From a virus, in UHGV virus genome UHGV-1358930: a stretch of DNA of 64,000 bases. One strand, written 5' to 3'. Every line of letters begins with the position of its first letter. Position 1 is the stretch's first letter. Position numbers and translations under genes: made by a program. Shown here piece after piece: positions 46,606 to 56,560 of this stretch. Under the pieces are notes generated by a model. That model was not told the origin of the DNA. It saw only the letters and a list, made by a program, of their open reading frames with translations, and did no database searches.

Positions 46606-48501
46606 ATGTCATTTAGCGCCTTAGAGAAAAAGATACAGGCAAATGCTCAAAAGTACTATACAGATGGCAGTCAAGAGCTTTCAGATAAAGAATTTGATAA
46701 TCTTGTAGACAAGCTCAAAGAAGAAAATCCAGCTTCTCCGATGCTAAAAACAGGCTGGGGATACGATGTAAACTCAGATACAACATCTGGGCATAAAGTT
46801 AAGCATAAGTATGGAGAAGTTGGCTCCCTCGATAAGGTCCATAACTGGAAAGAATTAAAAAGTTCTTTGAGAAATTCCGAGGTTGTTACTTCCTTGAAAC
46901 TCGACGGACTTTCTGTTGTAATGTACTATGAAGCAGGGCAGTTTAAATCCGCAGTGACTCGAGGAGATGGTGTAACAGGTATTGATATCACAGACAAGAT
47001 CGGGATGATATTGCACAAAAAGACTCTGACTGATAATACATTCAGTGGAGGAGTTAGAGGCGAAATTGTTATGTCTAATGAACAATTTCGACGTTACAAA
47101 TCTCAGCACGAAGATGCAAAGAACGCAAGAAATACAGCTGCAGGTATCATCAATTCTAAAGAATTGTCAGAAGATCTAGATTTTCTATCTGTTGTAGTAT
47201 ATAAAGTTGTTGGAGGTAACAAAGCATTTGACAATTATTCCAGTATGCTGAGTTGGCTTCATTCAAATTTTATCGATGTCGTAGATTGTGATATAACTAA
47301 GCTGTTTGAAGATACACTAGATTCCAGAATGGTTGAATACAAAGATGCTTGGTATGATGAATATCCAGCAGATGGAATTGTAATTGCCAGCCAAACTTTA
47401 AAACTACAAGAAGCAAATAACGAATATATCTACGATTTTGATTCTCAAGCGTTCAAGTTTCCCGCCGAATCGAAATTAACCAGAGTTAAATCCGTAGATT
47501 GGTCGCTATCCAAAACTAAATACATGATACCTGTTATCAATGTAGAACCCGTTCAGTTGTCTGGCACCACTGTTCAGTTTGCAACAGGATTCAATGCGAA
47601 ATACATAAAAGATCACAACATTGGGCCAGGAGCTGAAATTGAGCTTTGCAAAGCAAATGAGATAATCCCTTACGTTCTGAATGTCGTCTCTCCGTCGTCT
47701 GACATGTCAATGCCTACACACTGTCCGTGTTGTGATGCGGAGTTGATTCAGGCTGGTGTGAACTTGATGTGCCCCAACTATAAATGCACTAATTATCAGA
47801 AGACAGACCTCTTGATTTGGTGCAATCTATTGTCTCCAGTTGACGGCATTGGTGATGTACTCAGAGAAAGATTCTTGTATGAGGTATTCGGAGATTTGAC
47901 TACAGTCGATTCTCTCATGTCTAGATCTGTAGAGGATCTAGACCTAGAATTCTCAATGTACAATGGATCTGGAAAGCAGTTTGAGTTATTCAAACATTCG
48001 GTATATATGTTGTTCAATCAATCTGTTGATATTGCAACAGCGTTGCAAGCTTTAAATATTCCTAGATTAGGTCTAGAAACTTCTAGAAAACTGTCTGAAT
48101 ATCTAGATGTAATTGAACGAATACTCAAAGTGAGTCTAGGAGAAGCTCCAGTTTCAGAAATATCGAATCTGGATAGCTTCATTGGCTACGCTAATGCAAA
48201 TTCCATCCTAAGTCACCTAGATAAATTCGCAAGGCTGAAGTATATATGGGATAGAATATCTTGGTCTGATACAACTGCAGATCGAGTTAAAGTTGCAATT
48301 ACAGGTAAATTGTCTGTAAAACGATCTGAATTTGAATCGGAATTAAATCAACATGGATTTGAACTTGGCTCATTGTCTAAAGACACTGTTTATCTAATTA
48401 CAGATGACCCGAATAGCGGAAGTAGCAAGAATATTCAAGCTGACAAATACGGAGTATCTAAAATAACTGAACAAGATTTCCGAAATAAATTCATGAGGTG
48501 A
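46606..48501 (+). CDS. ligA: NAD-dependent DNA ligase (LigA).
   Basis: The adenylation site KLDGLSV...TRGDG, the zinc finger CPCCDAEL...CPNYKC and a C-terminal BRCT-like domain are all present. Confidence 0.7.
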   Translation: MSFSALEKKIQANAQKYYTDGSQELSDKEFDNLVDKLKEENPASPMLKTGWGYDVNSDTTSGHKVKHKYGEVGSLDKVHNWKELKSSLRNSEVVTSLKLDGLSVVMYYEAGQFKSAVTRGDGVTGIDITDKIGMILHKKTLTDNTFSGGVRGEIVMSNEQFRRYKSQHEDAKNARNTAAGIINSKELSEDLDFLSVVVYKVVGGNKAFDNYSSMLSWLHSNFIDVVDCDITKLFEDTLDSRMVEYKDAWYDEYPADGIVIASQTLKLQEANNEYIYDFDSQAFKFPAESKLTRVKSVDWSLSKTKYMIPVINVEPVQLSGTTVQFATGFNAKYIKDHNIGPGAEIELCKANEIIPYVLNVVSPSSDMSMPTHCPCCDAELIQAGVNLMCPNYKCTNYQKTDLLIWCNLLSPVDGIGDVLRERFLYEVFGDLTTVDSLMSRSVEDLDLEFSMYNGSGKQFELFKHSVYMLFNQSVDIATALQALNIPRLGLETSRKLSEYLDVIERILKVSLGEAPVSEISNLDSFIGYANANSILSHLDKFARLKYIWDRISWSDTTADRVKVAITGKLSVKRSEFESELNQHGFELGSLSKDTVYLITDDPNSGSSKNIQADKYGVSKITEQDFRNKFMR

Positions 48502-48505
48502 TTAT

Positions 48506-49462
48506 ATGCAACTAGTTCAACCTTCTGTAGTGCGAATCGTAGAATCTGATCCGTTGACTCAGATCGAAAACGCCGCTAGAACTTGCTATAAGTCAGAAAG
48601 CAAAGCAGCTGCAGGATCAGCAAAACGAATGTTTGATAATCTAGTCAAAAACAAACATACAGCGATGTTAGAGCATGCTAGTTTAGTTTTTCAAGTATTT
48701 GACACAGATTATTATGATGCGCTTAAACACAATCTTAGCAAGTACATGAATTTCACAGAACACTGGACTATCAGCAAAGCTGATTCTAGATATACAACAC
48801 CTAGATTTTTAATGTCTGGAAATATCAGAGCTATCAATGATTCATGCATTCGTCAGATATATGAAGCAATGATTCAAGCTGGCCTATCTGATCTGTTGTA
48901 CCCTGATAGCTATCCTAAAGAAAATGAAAACTGGCCAAACGATGAACTACTCCCAAACACTAGAATCAAAGTAGTTGATATTGCTGAAATAGACGATTTA
49001 TCTGAATCCGAGAAACTGAATCATGTTTATGCGAGCTTCAAAATAAAAACAGATAGAGCTGTATCACACGAAATCGTCCGTCATAGGACAATGAGTTTTG
49101 CTCAGCAGTCTCAGAGATACGTTAAATACAATTCCGATGATATCGAATTCGTTGAACCTAGTTGGTATAGAAGTTCAACAGACGACATGAAGCAGATATT
49201 TTGCAATTCTCTACTACAATCTGAAAAGTCATACAACGAACTAATGTCAAAGGGATGTACTGCACAAGAAGCTAGATGTGTGCTACCTAATAGTACAGCT
49301 ACAGAAATTGTAGTTACAGGAAATCTCAAAGCTTGGAAGCATTTCATCAATCTTCGATACAAAGGTACAACAGGAAAACCGTATCCGGATATGAAAGTAG
49401 TTGCTGAACAAATCTACAATGAACTTAAAGTGGATCCGTTGTGTAAAGATGTGATTGAGTAA
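48506..49462 (+). CDS. thyX: Flavin-dependent thymidylate synthase (ThyX).
   Basis: The ThyX signature RHRTMSFAQQSQRY (RHR...S..S.RY) is present. Confidence 0.65.
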   Translation: MQLVQPSVVRIVESDPLTQIENAARTCYKSESKAAAGSAKRMFDNLVKNKHTAMLEHASLVFQVFDTDYYDALKHNLSKYMNFTEHWTISKADSRYTTPRFLMSGNIRAINDSCIRQIYEAMIQAGLSDLLYPDSYPKENENWPNDELLPNTRIKVVDIAEIDDLSESEKLNHVYASFKIKTDRAVSHEIVRHRTMSFAQQSQRYVKYNSDDIEFVEPSWYRSSTDDMKQIFCNSLLQSEKSYNELMSKGCTAQEARCVLPNSTATEIVVTGNLKAWKHFINLRYKGTTGKPYPDMKVVAEQIYNELKVDPLCKDVIE

Positions 49463-49552
49463 TTTTCTACAGCGCATCAACATAACAAACATTAAATTAT
49501 AATCACCTCTAGAACCTATAATAGAAATGGATAGGTCAGAGGTGATTTCTTT

Positions 49553-49786
49553 ATGTGTGAATGCTGCAAGCTACATGTCCCGGATACAAATATCGACATA
49601 GCGAATGATAGTTATGTTAAACTCGGAAGATTTGATGCAACGATCTGGATAATTAAACATGGCTGGTATCAATGTGACGGCAATCGTCCACATTGCGGGT
49701 GGTATTTTCAGCAAAAAGATGACCCTGCTATGATAAAACCTGTATCATTGTCAGATCTATACGATATATACGAAATACAGTTGTAA
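49553..49786 (+). CDS. Small protein sharing an N-terminal W-rich motif with 49801-50460.
   Basis: The motif WIIKHGWYQCDGNRPHCGWYFQ matches WIVQHGWYIYRGLQKNGWYFC in the next gene. Confidence 0.4.
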   Translation: MCECCKLHVPDTNIDIANDSYVKLGRFDATIWIIKHGWYQCDGNRPHCGWYFQQKDDPAMIKPVSLSDLYDIYEIQL

Positions 49787-49800
49787 AGCGAGGTGATATC

Positions 49801-50460
49801 ATGAACTATATACAAATACCTGGTAGCATTACTAAGTTATACGAAGGCGATGTAGTAACTATCGAAACATATCCAGGAACTAAGTGGATTGTTCAGCACG
49901 GCTGGTACATATACAGAGGACTACAGAAAAACGGCTGGTACTTCTGTTCTGTAGATACGCAAACTACGTTACCTGCTACAAACGATGTGCTGCTCAATGT
50001 TTCAGACGTTTCAGGGTCAACTGGATGTTGTAAACCTGACACATCCTGTACATGCCATTGTCCTCCTCCGCCTGGCCCTCCGCCTCCGTGTCCTCCGCCT
50101 CCGTGTCCTCCACGTCCTATAGATCCACATAGCTTTCAAGTAGAACATGCGTTCATAACTGTAGATACAGAAGCAGAAAGAGACTATCTATTAGCTAATC
50201 AGTTGATTCCTAACGGTAAGATAGTAAAAGTTAATCAGACTACTTCTGGAACTAAATACTTCACCTGGAATCAAGTAGCTTCTAAATGGGAAGAGGAAAC
50301 ATTTGGAATCACTCCAGATAAGTATGTAACAACCGAAAGCTTGCCAGACAAGGTAGATAAGATTATAGAATCAAGCGAAAAAGTTCATGAAGCTATCAAA
50401 GAAGTCTCTGCTGAAACTGTACAGTGGAGTAAACTAGAAGTAAGGAGTAAAATAAGTTAA
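49801..50460 (+). CDS. Putative structural or fibre protein with a proline-rich collagen-like linker.
   Basis: The stretch CHCPPPPGPPPPCPPPPCPPRP is present, and the N-terminus is paralogous to 49553. Confidence 0.4.
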   Translation: MNYIQIPGSITKLYEGDVVTIETYPGTKWIVQHGWYIYRGLQKNGWYFCSVDTQTTLPATNDVLLNVSDVSGSTGCCKPDTSCTCHCPPPPGPPPPCPPPPCPPRPIDPHSFQVEHAFITVDTEAERDYLLANQLIPNGKIVKVNQTTSGTKYFTWNQVASKWEEETFGITPDKYVTTESLPDKVDKIIESSEKVHEAIKEVSAETVQWSKLEVRSKIS

Positions 50461-51962
50461 TGGCATCAAAAGTTCTTTTTAGTTATGGCTCAATTGATCT
50501 TTACAAAGCATTGTCAGTCAAAGATGAAAATACATTGTATTTTATCACAGACTCTCATGAAATTTATAAAGGTTCTGAGCTAATCGCGGATAAGACAGAA
50601 CTCAATGTTAAGTTTGTATCCGCAATTCCGTCTACAGCTACTGCTGTAGAAAACGTCTTGTACATTGCTACTGTAGAAGGAAAAACAACGTCTTGGATCA
50701 AGTCCGGGTCAACGATGATTCAAGTAGGTGGTGGAGAAGCTACTGAAATTGCAGACGGAGTTCTGAAGATCACCAATTTTGCCGAAGGCACTATCGCAAA
50801 GACACTAGATGCAGCGACAGACGAGCAGATTCCAACTGCTAAGGCTGTATCGGATGCAATCACTACAGCAGTTGGCCAGCTAGACTCTGCGTTTGTAGAC
50901 GTAGTTACAGAAGCAGCTCCAGAAGGAACTGCAGGTACTGTACTCAAGTTTACAACTAAGGGTGGAGAAACTAAGTCTGTAACTATTGCAGATATTTTCC
51001 TTGCCGGTGCTACATATGACAGCGCAAAGCACATCTTGACTCTAACACTTAATGATGCACAGCATTCTAAGGTAGAAGTTGACTTATCTACTTTTGTCGG
51101 ATCTTCTCTGTCCGATGTATCTGTAGGTGAGGATGAAGCGTTTACAGTAGAACTAGGCGATGGTGCTACGCTTGGTGGATTCAAGACAGGCGACAAGATT
51201 GCAAAGGATATGACAGTTGAAACCATCGTCAAGAAGCTTTTGATGAAACAAGTTCCTCCGACATATGTTCAGCCGTCTGTTGTAATTTCTAACAATGCGG
51301 GCTCATCCGCAGGTAATTACGAAATCGGATCTACTTTGAATGTCAAACTTCATGCTACGTTTACGCAGCATGACGCAGGCCAACTTACAAACATCCAGTT
51401 CAAGAAGAACAGTGTGAATGTGGGTGAAGCTTCTACATCTACTCCTGCAGATTACTCGGAAGAGTCATTGTCCCTCGTTTCTGCTACTACATATTCTGCA
51501 ACTGCTACGTATGCAGAAGGTGATGTAAAGAACGATAACCTAGGACAAGCTTATCCGACCGGACATATTGAAGCAGGTTCTAAGGATACTAGCAATTATG
51601 TATTCACTCCGTACCGTATGGGCTACTTCGCTGGATATACTTCTGACGTAGCTGAATTGACATCTGCAGCAATTCGTAATCTTCAAACAAAATCTAACGC
51701 AGCTTACAGATCAGGATCATTTAAGATCACAGTTAAAGCTGGAGCTAAGCGTGTTGTCATTGCTGCACCTGCAACTAACGCAGGTGTTACCAAGATTCTA
51801 AATGAATCTGCTTTGAACGCAGACGTCACATCTACCTTTGCTATGTCCACTATTGATGTAGAAGGTGCTAACGGCCATGCAGCTATTACATATAATGTTT
51901 GGACATATGTTCCGCTTAACGCATACAGCCAAGATGCTGTTCTTTCTGTTACGCTAGGTTAA
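50460..51962 (+). CDS. Tail fibre-like protein, paralog 1.
   Basis: The product is T/A/G/S/V-rich. The N-terminal motif KALSVKDENTLYFITD is shared with the next two genes. Confidence 0.5.
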   Translation: MASKVLFSYGSIDLYKALSVKDENTLYFITDSHEIYKGSELIADKTELNVKFVSAIPSTATAVENVLYIATVEGKTTSWIKSGSTMIQVGGGEATEIADGVLKITNFAEGTIAKTLDAATDEQIPTAKAVSDAITTAVGQLDSAFVDVVTEAAPEGTAGTVLKFTTKGGETKSVTIADIFLAGATYDSAKHILTLTLNDAQHSKVEVDLSTFVGSSLSDVSVGEDEAFTVELGDGATLGGFKTGDKIAKDMTVETIVKKLLMKQVPPTYVQPSVVISNNAGSSAGNYEIGSTLNVKLHATFTQHDAGQLTNIQFKKNSVNVGEASTSTPADYSEESLSLVSATTYSATATYAEGDVKNDNLGQAYPTGHIEAGSKDTSNYVFTPYRMGYFAGYTSDVAELTSAAIRNLQTKSNAAYRSGSFKITVKAGAKRVVIAAPATNAGVTKILNESALNADVTSTFAMSTIDVEGANGHAAITYNVWTYVPLNAYSQDAVLSVTLG

Positions 51963-51985
51963 ATTATAGAAAGGAGTGAAACTTA

Positions 51986-53554
51986 ATGGCTACAATCAAT
52001 AAAACAAACGCTTTCATGGAGTTCCCTCTTCAAATCAGCCGTCAGTATAGCGGTCCAATTGAAAGATATTCCGTATTCTATTCTCTAGAAGAGGCTACTA
52101 CATATGCTACCACTAATCCAATTGCATATGTAGGTCAGATTGTAACAGTTGTTAACGAAGCTAAGAAGAATTCTGTTGCATATCAGATTTCTAATACAGA
52201 TGGCGATCTAGTTGAAATCGGTGCAAGCAAGCCGATGCTGTTCGTCGACAACGAATCTGCTATGCTAGCTCTAAAAGATCTTGAAGCTGGTCAGCAAGTT
52301 TACAGAGAAGATACCAGCACGGTATGGATCTTTGCTGGTGGCGATGCAACTCAGCTTGTAAACTGGCGCGAATCTGCTGCACACAGCGATACAATCTGGC
52401 AGGGTACCGAAAATAAAGTTATTTTCAATGCTATTACAGAAGCAGCTTATAAAGCTCTTGATGCAAAAGATGTAAATACACTTTATTTTATCACGGATGC
52501 GGGCAGAGTTTGCAAAGGTTCAGCAGACCTAACGAAATCTGTCATTGTAACTGACACGGTACCAGCAGTATCGGATGCAATTCTAGATAAGCTTTACATC
52601 AATTCTACTACATTTGAAGCAAAGATAACGACAGATAACGCAAGCTGGATTGTTCTTACTCCCGGTTATCTAACAGATGGTGCTAACTGGGCAGATGCAG
52701 ATTCTAACAAGTTTGCTACTATTGGTCTCATTAAGAAAGGAATCAAAGCTGCAGTAGATGCGATTTCACTTGCTACTACGTTTGATGCTATCACAGGTAG
52801 TGTCAAGGTAGGCGAAGGTACAGCTGCTACTCTTACCGGTGTTGCTCACGGAATCACCTATGATGCGTCTACGCTTACTATCACTATTCCGCAGTATGGT
52901 TCTGATAATCTAGTTGTAAACATTCCAAAGGACAAATTCGTAACTGCTGGTAAGTATTACGAAGATTATCCAGAAACAGATCCAACACAGCATAAGGTCA
53001 TTGTTCTAACTATTGATGGTCAGGCTGATCCTGTTATCATCCCTGCAGAAGCGCTTGTAAATATTTACAGTGCAGACAATACCAGCAAAAACGTTGTAAT
53101 TTCTGTATCCGATGACAATAAGATTTCTGCTCAGATCCTCATCGATCCGAATACTAAGAATGCACTTACGTATTCAGATGCCGGATTCCTTGTAGACATT
53201 TCTGGTAAGCTGGACAAGCTAACTTCTGCACTTGGTGACAAGATTGTCATCAGTGATGCAAATGGAAATGTAGTTGAGAGCAAGTTCTCTATCCAGTCTG
53301 AGGGCGAATTATCAGTCTCTTCAGAAAACATTGCAACTAACAATGTTGTATCTGCTGCAATCGCTAAGAAAGTTACAGCAGTAGCTGGAACTGAGAACAA
53401 CATCATTACATTTGGCACAGATGGTGCTATCAAAGATTCTGGTAAAACTATGGGCGGTGCTACGCTTTCTGAAACAGTTTCTGCCGATACTCTTGCTTCA
53501 GAAGCTGCCGTATCTGCGGCAATTGACGAAGTAATGAGCTGGCATTCTCTCTAA
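51986..53554 (+). CDS. Tail fibre-like protein, paralog 2.
   Basis: An N-terminal motif similar to YKALDAKDVNTLYFITDAGRVCKGS is present. Confidence 0.5.
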   Translation: MATINKTNAFMEFPLQISRQYSGPIERYSVFYSLEEATTYATTNPIAYVGQIVTVVNEAKKNSVAYQISNTDGDLVEIGASKPMLFVDNESAMLALKDLEAGQQVYREDTSTVWIFAGGDATQLVNWRESAAHSDTIWQGTENKVIFNAITEAAYKALDAKDVNTLYFITDAGRVCKGSADLTKSVIVTDTVPAVSDAILDKLYINSTTFEAKITTDNASWIVLTPGYLTDGANWADADSNKFATIGLIKKGIKAAVDAISLATTFDAITGSVKVGEGTAATLTGVAHGITYDASTLTITIPQYGSDNLVVNIPKDKFVTAGKYYEDYPETDPTQHKVIVLTIDGQADPVIIPAEALVNIYSADNTSKNVVISVSDDNKISAQILIDPNTKNALTYSDAGFLVDISGKLDKLTSALGDKIVISDANGNVVESKFSIQSEGELSVSSENIATNNVVSAAIAKKVTAVAGTENNIITFGTDGAIKDSGKTMGGATLSETVSADTLASEAAVSAAIDEVMSWHSL

Positions 53555-53640
53555 TATCTTACAATAACCAAATATGTATGTTGTGTGTTCTCACAAGTAC
53601 GCACAACATACTAAATATATTTTATGAAAGGGCTAAATAT

Positions 53641-55236
53641 ATGCCTTCAACTTCAGGAATTATTGAATTTAAGTATGGTCTGCAGGCTGAGTATAACAGT
53701 GCAGCCAAAAACGCAAACACGATCTACTTTACGACAGATGCTCAGAGACTCTTTGTAGGTGATACTGAGTATACTCGTCCAGTTTCTCATGGCGCTGCTC
53801 TGCCTTCTAGTTTCTTGCCTCCGGATTCACTGTTCGTGCTGGAAGCGGGTACCGCTCGTTCACTCTACTTCAGCAAGGATGGCAAGACTTGGGAACTCAT
53901 TGCTAAGCTCAACGCTACGATCGCTAATGGTGTAGTTGGTAACAACACAGAGGGTGCTGTTGACTTCGGTGGTAGCTTCAAGATTCCGAAGGTTACTTAT
54001 GATGACCGAGGTAACATTACTGCAGCAGAAGATGTAACTATTACGCTTCCTGCAAATCCTGCCGATATCAAGAATACCGTTGAGGTAGATGGAACCGGAA
54101 ATGCTGTTACGGGTGCTACCTTTGATACTGCAGGTCATGCACTTACTCTCACAAAGGGTGAGACGTTTGCAACTAAGGCTTCTGTTGACGCAATTGCAGA
54201 GAAGCCGGCAATGGATATTACCTCAACTCAGATAACGAACTGGGACAATGAGGTAGGTGCAAAGGCTATTGCCAATGCTGCTGTAAAAGCTAATACTGCT
54301 ATCACCGGAGGTACACATACTAAAATCACGTATGATGCAAAAGGCCTTGTAACTGGTGGTACAGATCTTACTGCTGCAGATATCCCGACGTTAACACTAG
54401 CAAAGATTTCAGACGCTGGTGATGCAGCTAAGAAGGGTGTAGCTACCACTGTTACAGCTGGTGGCACGGACCTCCCGACTGCTGGTGCTGTTCAGACTGC
54501 AATCAACTCTGCTATTTCTGGTGTAACGCAGTTTGAAATCGTGAAGGTCGAGTCTTTCGACAAGCTTCCGTCTACGGGTGTAAAGGGTGTAATTTACCTT
54601 GTTCCGCATACTCATGGATCAAACGATACATTTGATGAGTATATCTGGAACACATCAGCAGCCGAACCGGCATATGAGAAGATCGGCAACACTGATGTTG
54701 ATCTATCTGGATATGTTCCGACCTCTCGTAAGATTAACGGTCAATCACTTGATGCAGATGTCAATATTACTACAATTACAGGTAATGCTGGATCTGCAAA
54801 CAAAGTAAATCATGCAATCACGATTGATGGTCAGAAATTCGACGGTTCTGCAGCAGTAACAATCAGCACCGCAAAGAGCGTCAGCTCTCTCACGGATACA
54901 ACTATCACATCAGCTGCAAACGGCAATTCTCTTGTCTACAACGGTACTGCCTGGGTAAACAAGACGCTTACTAAGGCTGATATAGGTCTTGGAAATGTAG
55001 ACAATACTGCTGACTCTGCTAAGTCAGTTGCGTCTGCAGGTAAGCTGACAACTGCCAGAACTATCACGCTTGAGGGTGATGCAACTGGATCTGTTTCCTT
55101 CGACGGATCTGAGAATGTGTCTATCGCAGTAACAGGTGTTAAGGCTGCAGCAGATGGAGAAGGTAACAACATTGTAGCTACGTATGCTACAAAGGCAGAA
55201 GTCGCAGCTGCAGCGCTTAAGTGGCAAACCATCTAA
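53641..55236 (+). CDS. Tail fibre-like protein, paralog 3.
   Basis: The N-terminus carries NTIYFTTDAQRLFVGD. An AAAGGG ribosome-binding site precedes the ATG at 53641. Confidence 0.5.
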   Translation: MPSTSGIIEFKYGLQAEYNSAAKNANTIYFTTDAQRLFVGDTEYTRPVSHGAALPSSFLPPDSLFVLEAGTARSLYFSKDGKTWELIAKLNATIANGVVGNNTEGAVDFGGSFKIPKVTYDDRGNITAAEDVTITLPANPADIKNTVEVDGTGNAVTGATFDTAGHALTLTKGETFATKASVDAIAEKPAMDITSTQITNWDNEVGAKAIANAAVKANTAITGGTHTKITYDAKGLVTGGTDLTAADIPTLTLAKISDAGDAAKKGVATTVTAGGTDLPTAGAVQTAINSAISGVTQFEIVKVESFDKLPSTGVKGVIYLVPHTHGSNDTFDEYIWNTSAAEPAYEKIGNTDVDLSGYVPTSRKINGQSLDADVNITTITGNAGSANKVNHAITIDGQKFDGSAAVTISTAKSVSSLTDTTITSAANGNSLVYNGTAWVNKTLTKADIGLGNVDNTADSAKSVASAGKLTTARTITLEGDATGSVSFDGSENVSIAVTGVKAAADGEGNNIVATYATKAEVAAAALKWQTI

Positions 55237-55365
55237 GTTCCTGTAATCTATAGTTACTAGAATATGTAGCATTTCGCCGAGTTGATTCAAATCAACTCGG
55301 CGATTTGTTTGTTCACCTTTAATACAACTGACGATAAACTACTACTAAACATATGTGGTGATGAC

Positions 55366-55710
55366 ATGAAAGATGTAAAATTAGAAGATGTATCGTTTAG
55401 CCGAGGACCTTCGAGCACAATTCCAGAAACTAAGATACCTGGAAGATTATTAGTAGAAACAGACACAGGAAATGTATTTTTAGATGATACAAAAGAATCT
55501 AGAGTACAATTAACAGATACATCAAAGTTATCTAAACACGGTGATGTATTAGATGATGGAGCGTCAATGGAATTTAAATCAGGTGAAGATTTTATACGCA
55601 TCTCAGGAAACTCGATTGAAGGCACAGCTTTATCCATCAAAAACATAAGAGAATCATTAGGGATTTCCGATAACAGACTTGTATGGACACCTATAAACGA
55701 GGAGAGATAA
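55366..55710 (+). CDS. Hypothetical tail-associated protein.
   Basis: A GGTGATG ribosome-binding site is present. The ORF-track start at 55282 has no ribosome-binding site. Confidence 0.35.
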   Translation: MKDVKLEDVSFSRGPSSTIPETKIPGRLLVETDTGNVFLDDTKESRVQLTDTSKLSKHGDVLDDGASMEFKSGEDFIRISGNSIEGTALSIKNIRESLGISDNRLVWTPINEER

Positions 55711-55717
55711 CATAAAC

Positions 55718-56236
55718 ATGGATGAGATTCTGAAATACATTCAATTAGTTGCATCTTTGGTGTGCTCTATATCTGCTGCATCTGCAATAATTATCAAAAT
55801 TCTCAAAAAGTCGTTGATAAAGGTTACAAAAGAAGCAATTGATACTCACATGACCGAAATCAAACGAAATCAGCAGCAGAATATCAAGTCACTAGAATCT
55901 AAGATGCAAAGTAAGTTAGACGACATTAAATCATCTACTGATACACAGATGACTGCACTAACAAATCAGCTTCAAAGTTTATCTGAATCTCAATCAGATA
56001 CAAATGCCAAGCTTAAAGCTTCTTTGCTAGCATCTACGAGAGACAGAATAAATCAAGCGCATGACTATTACCTTAAAAAAGGATTCATAGGTACGCACTC
56101 TTTATTTATTGTAGAAGAATTATATTCCTCTTATACTGCATTGGGAGGAAACTCTTTTATAACACATCAAATGGAAGATATCAGAGAACTTAAGCTTACC
56201 AGCGCTGAGATGGAACAGTATGACAAAGAAAGCTAG
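55718..56236 (+). CDS. Protein with an N-terminal transmembrane anchor and a coiled coil.
   Basis: A hydrophobic helix spans residues 7-28 and is followed by a helical Q/S/K-rich region. Confidence 0.35.
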   Translation: MDEILKYIQLVASLVCSISAASAIIIKILKKSLIKVTKEAIDTHMTEIKRNQQQNIKSLESKMQSKLDDIKSSTDTQMTALTNQLQSLSESQSDTNAKLKASLLASTRDRINQAHDYYLKKGFIGTHSLFIVEELYSSYTALGGNSFITHQMEDIRELKLTSAEMEQYDKES

Positions 56237-56324
56237 TTGTTTCTGCTCTGCAATACTTTCGTCACCTTTTATCTAATATATAGCAGGTGCTATTACATTA
56301 AACAATTTGTTGGAGGATGATTAT

Positions 56325-56537
56325 ATGCCGAGTGATAATACCATGATGTTGCCAATAGAAAACAATTCAATTAAGATCAAATTCGGAAGTCAATTGCCAA
56401 GCGCACCTGACAGAGATTGCATCTATTTCATAGCTGATGGAGAGACTAACACCTACAAACTCTATTTAGGAAACTATCCTATATATGCTAACGTGTCCGC
56501 AATAACTGACACTGAAATTGACGAAATTTGTAAATAA
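56325..56537 (+). CDS. Hypothetical small protein.
   Basis: A GGAGGATG ribosome-binding site is present. Confidence 0.3.
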   Translation: MPSDNTMMLPIENNSIKIKFGSQLPSAPDRDCIYFIADGETNTYKLYLGNYPIYANVSAITDTEIDEICK

Positions 56538-56560
56538 TTCTAGATGCAAGGAGGATTATT

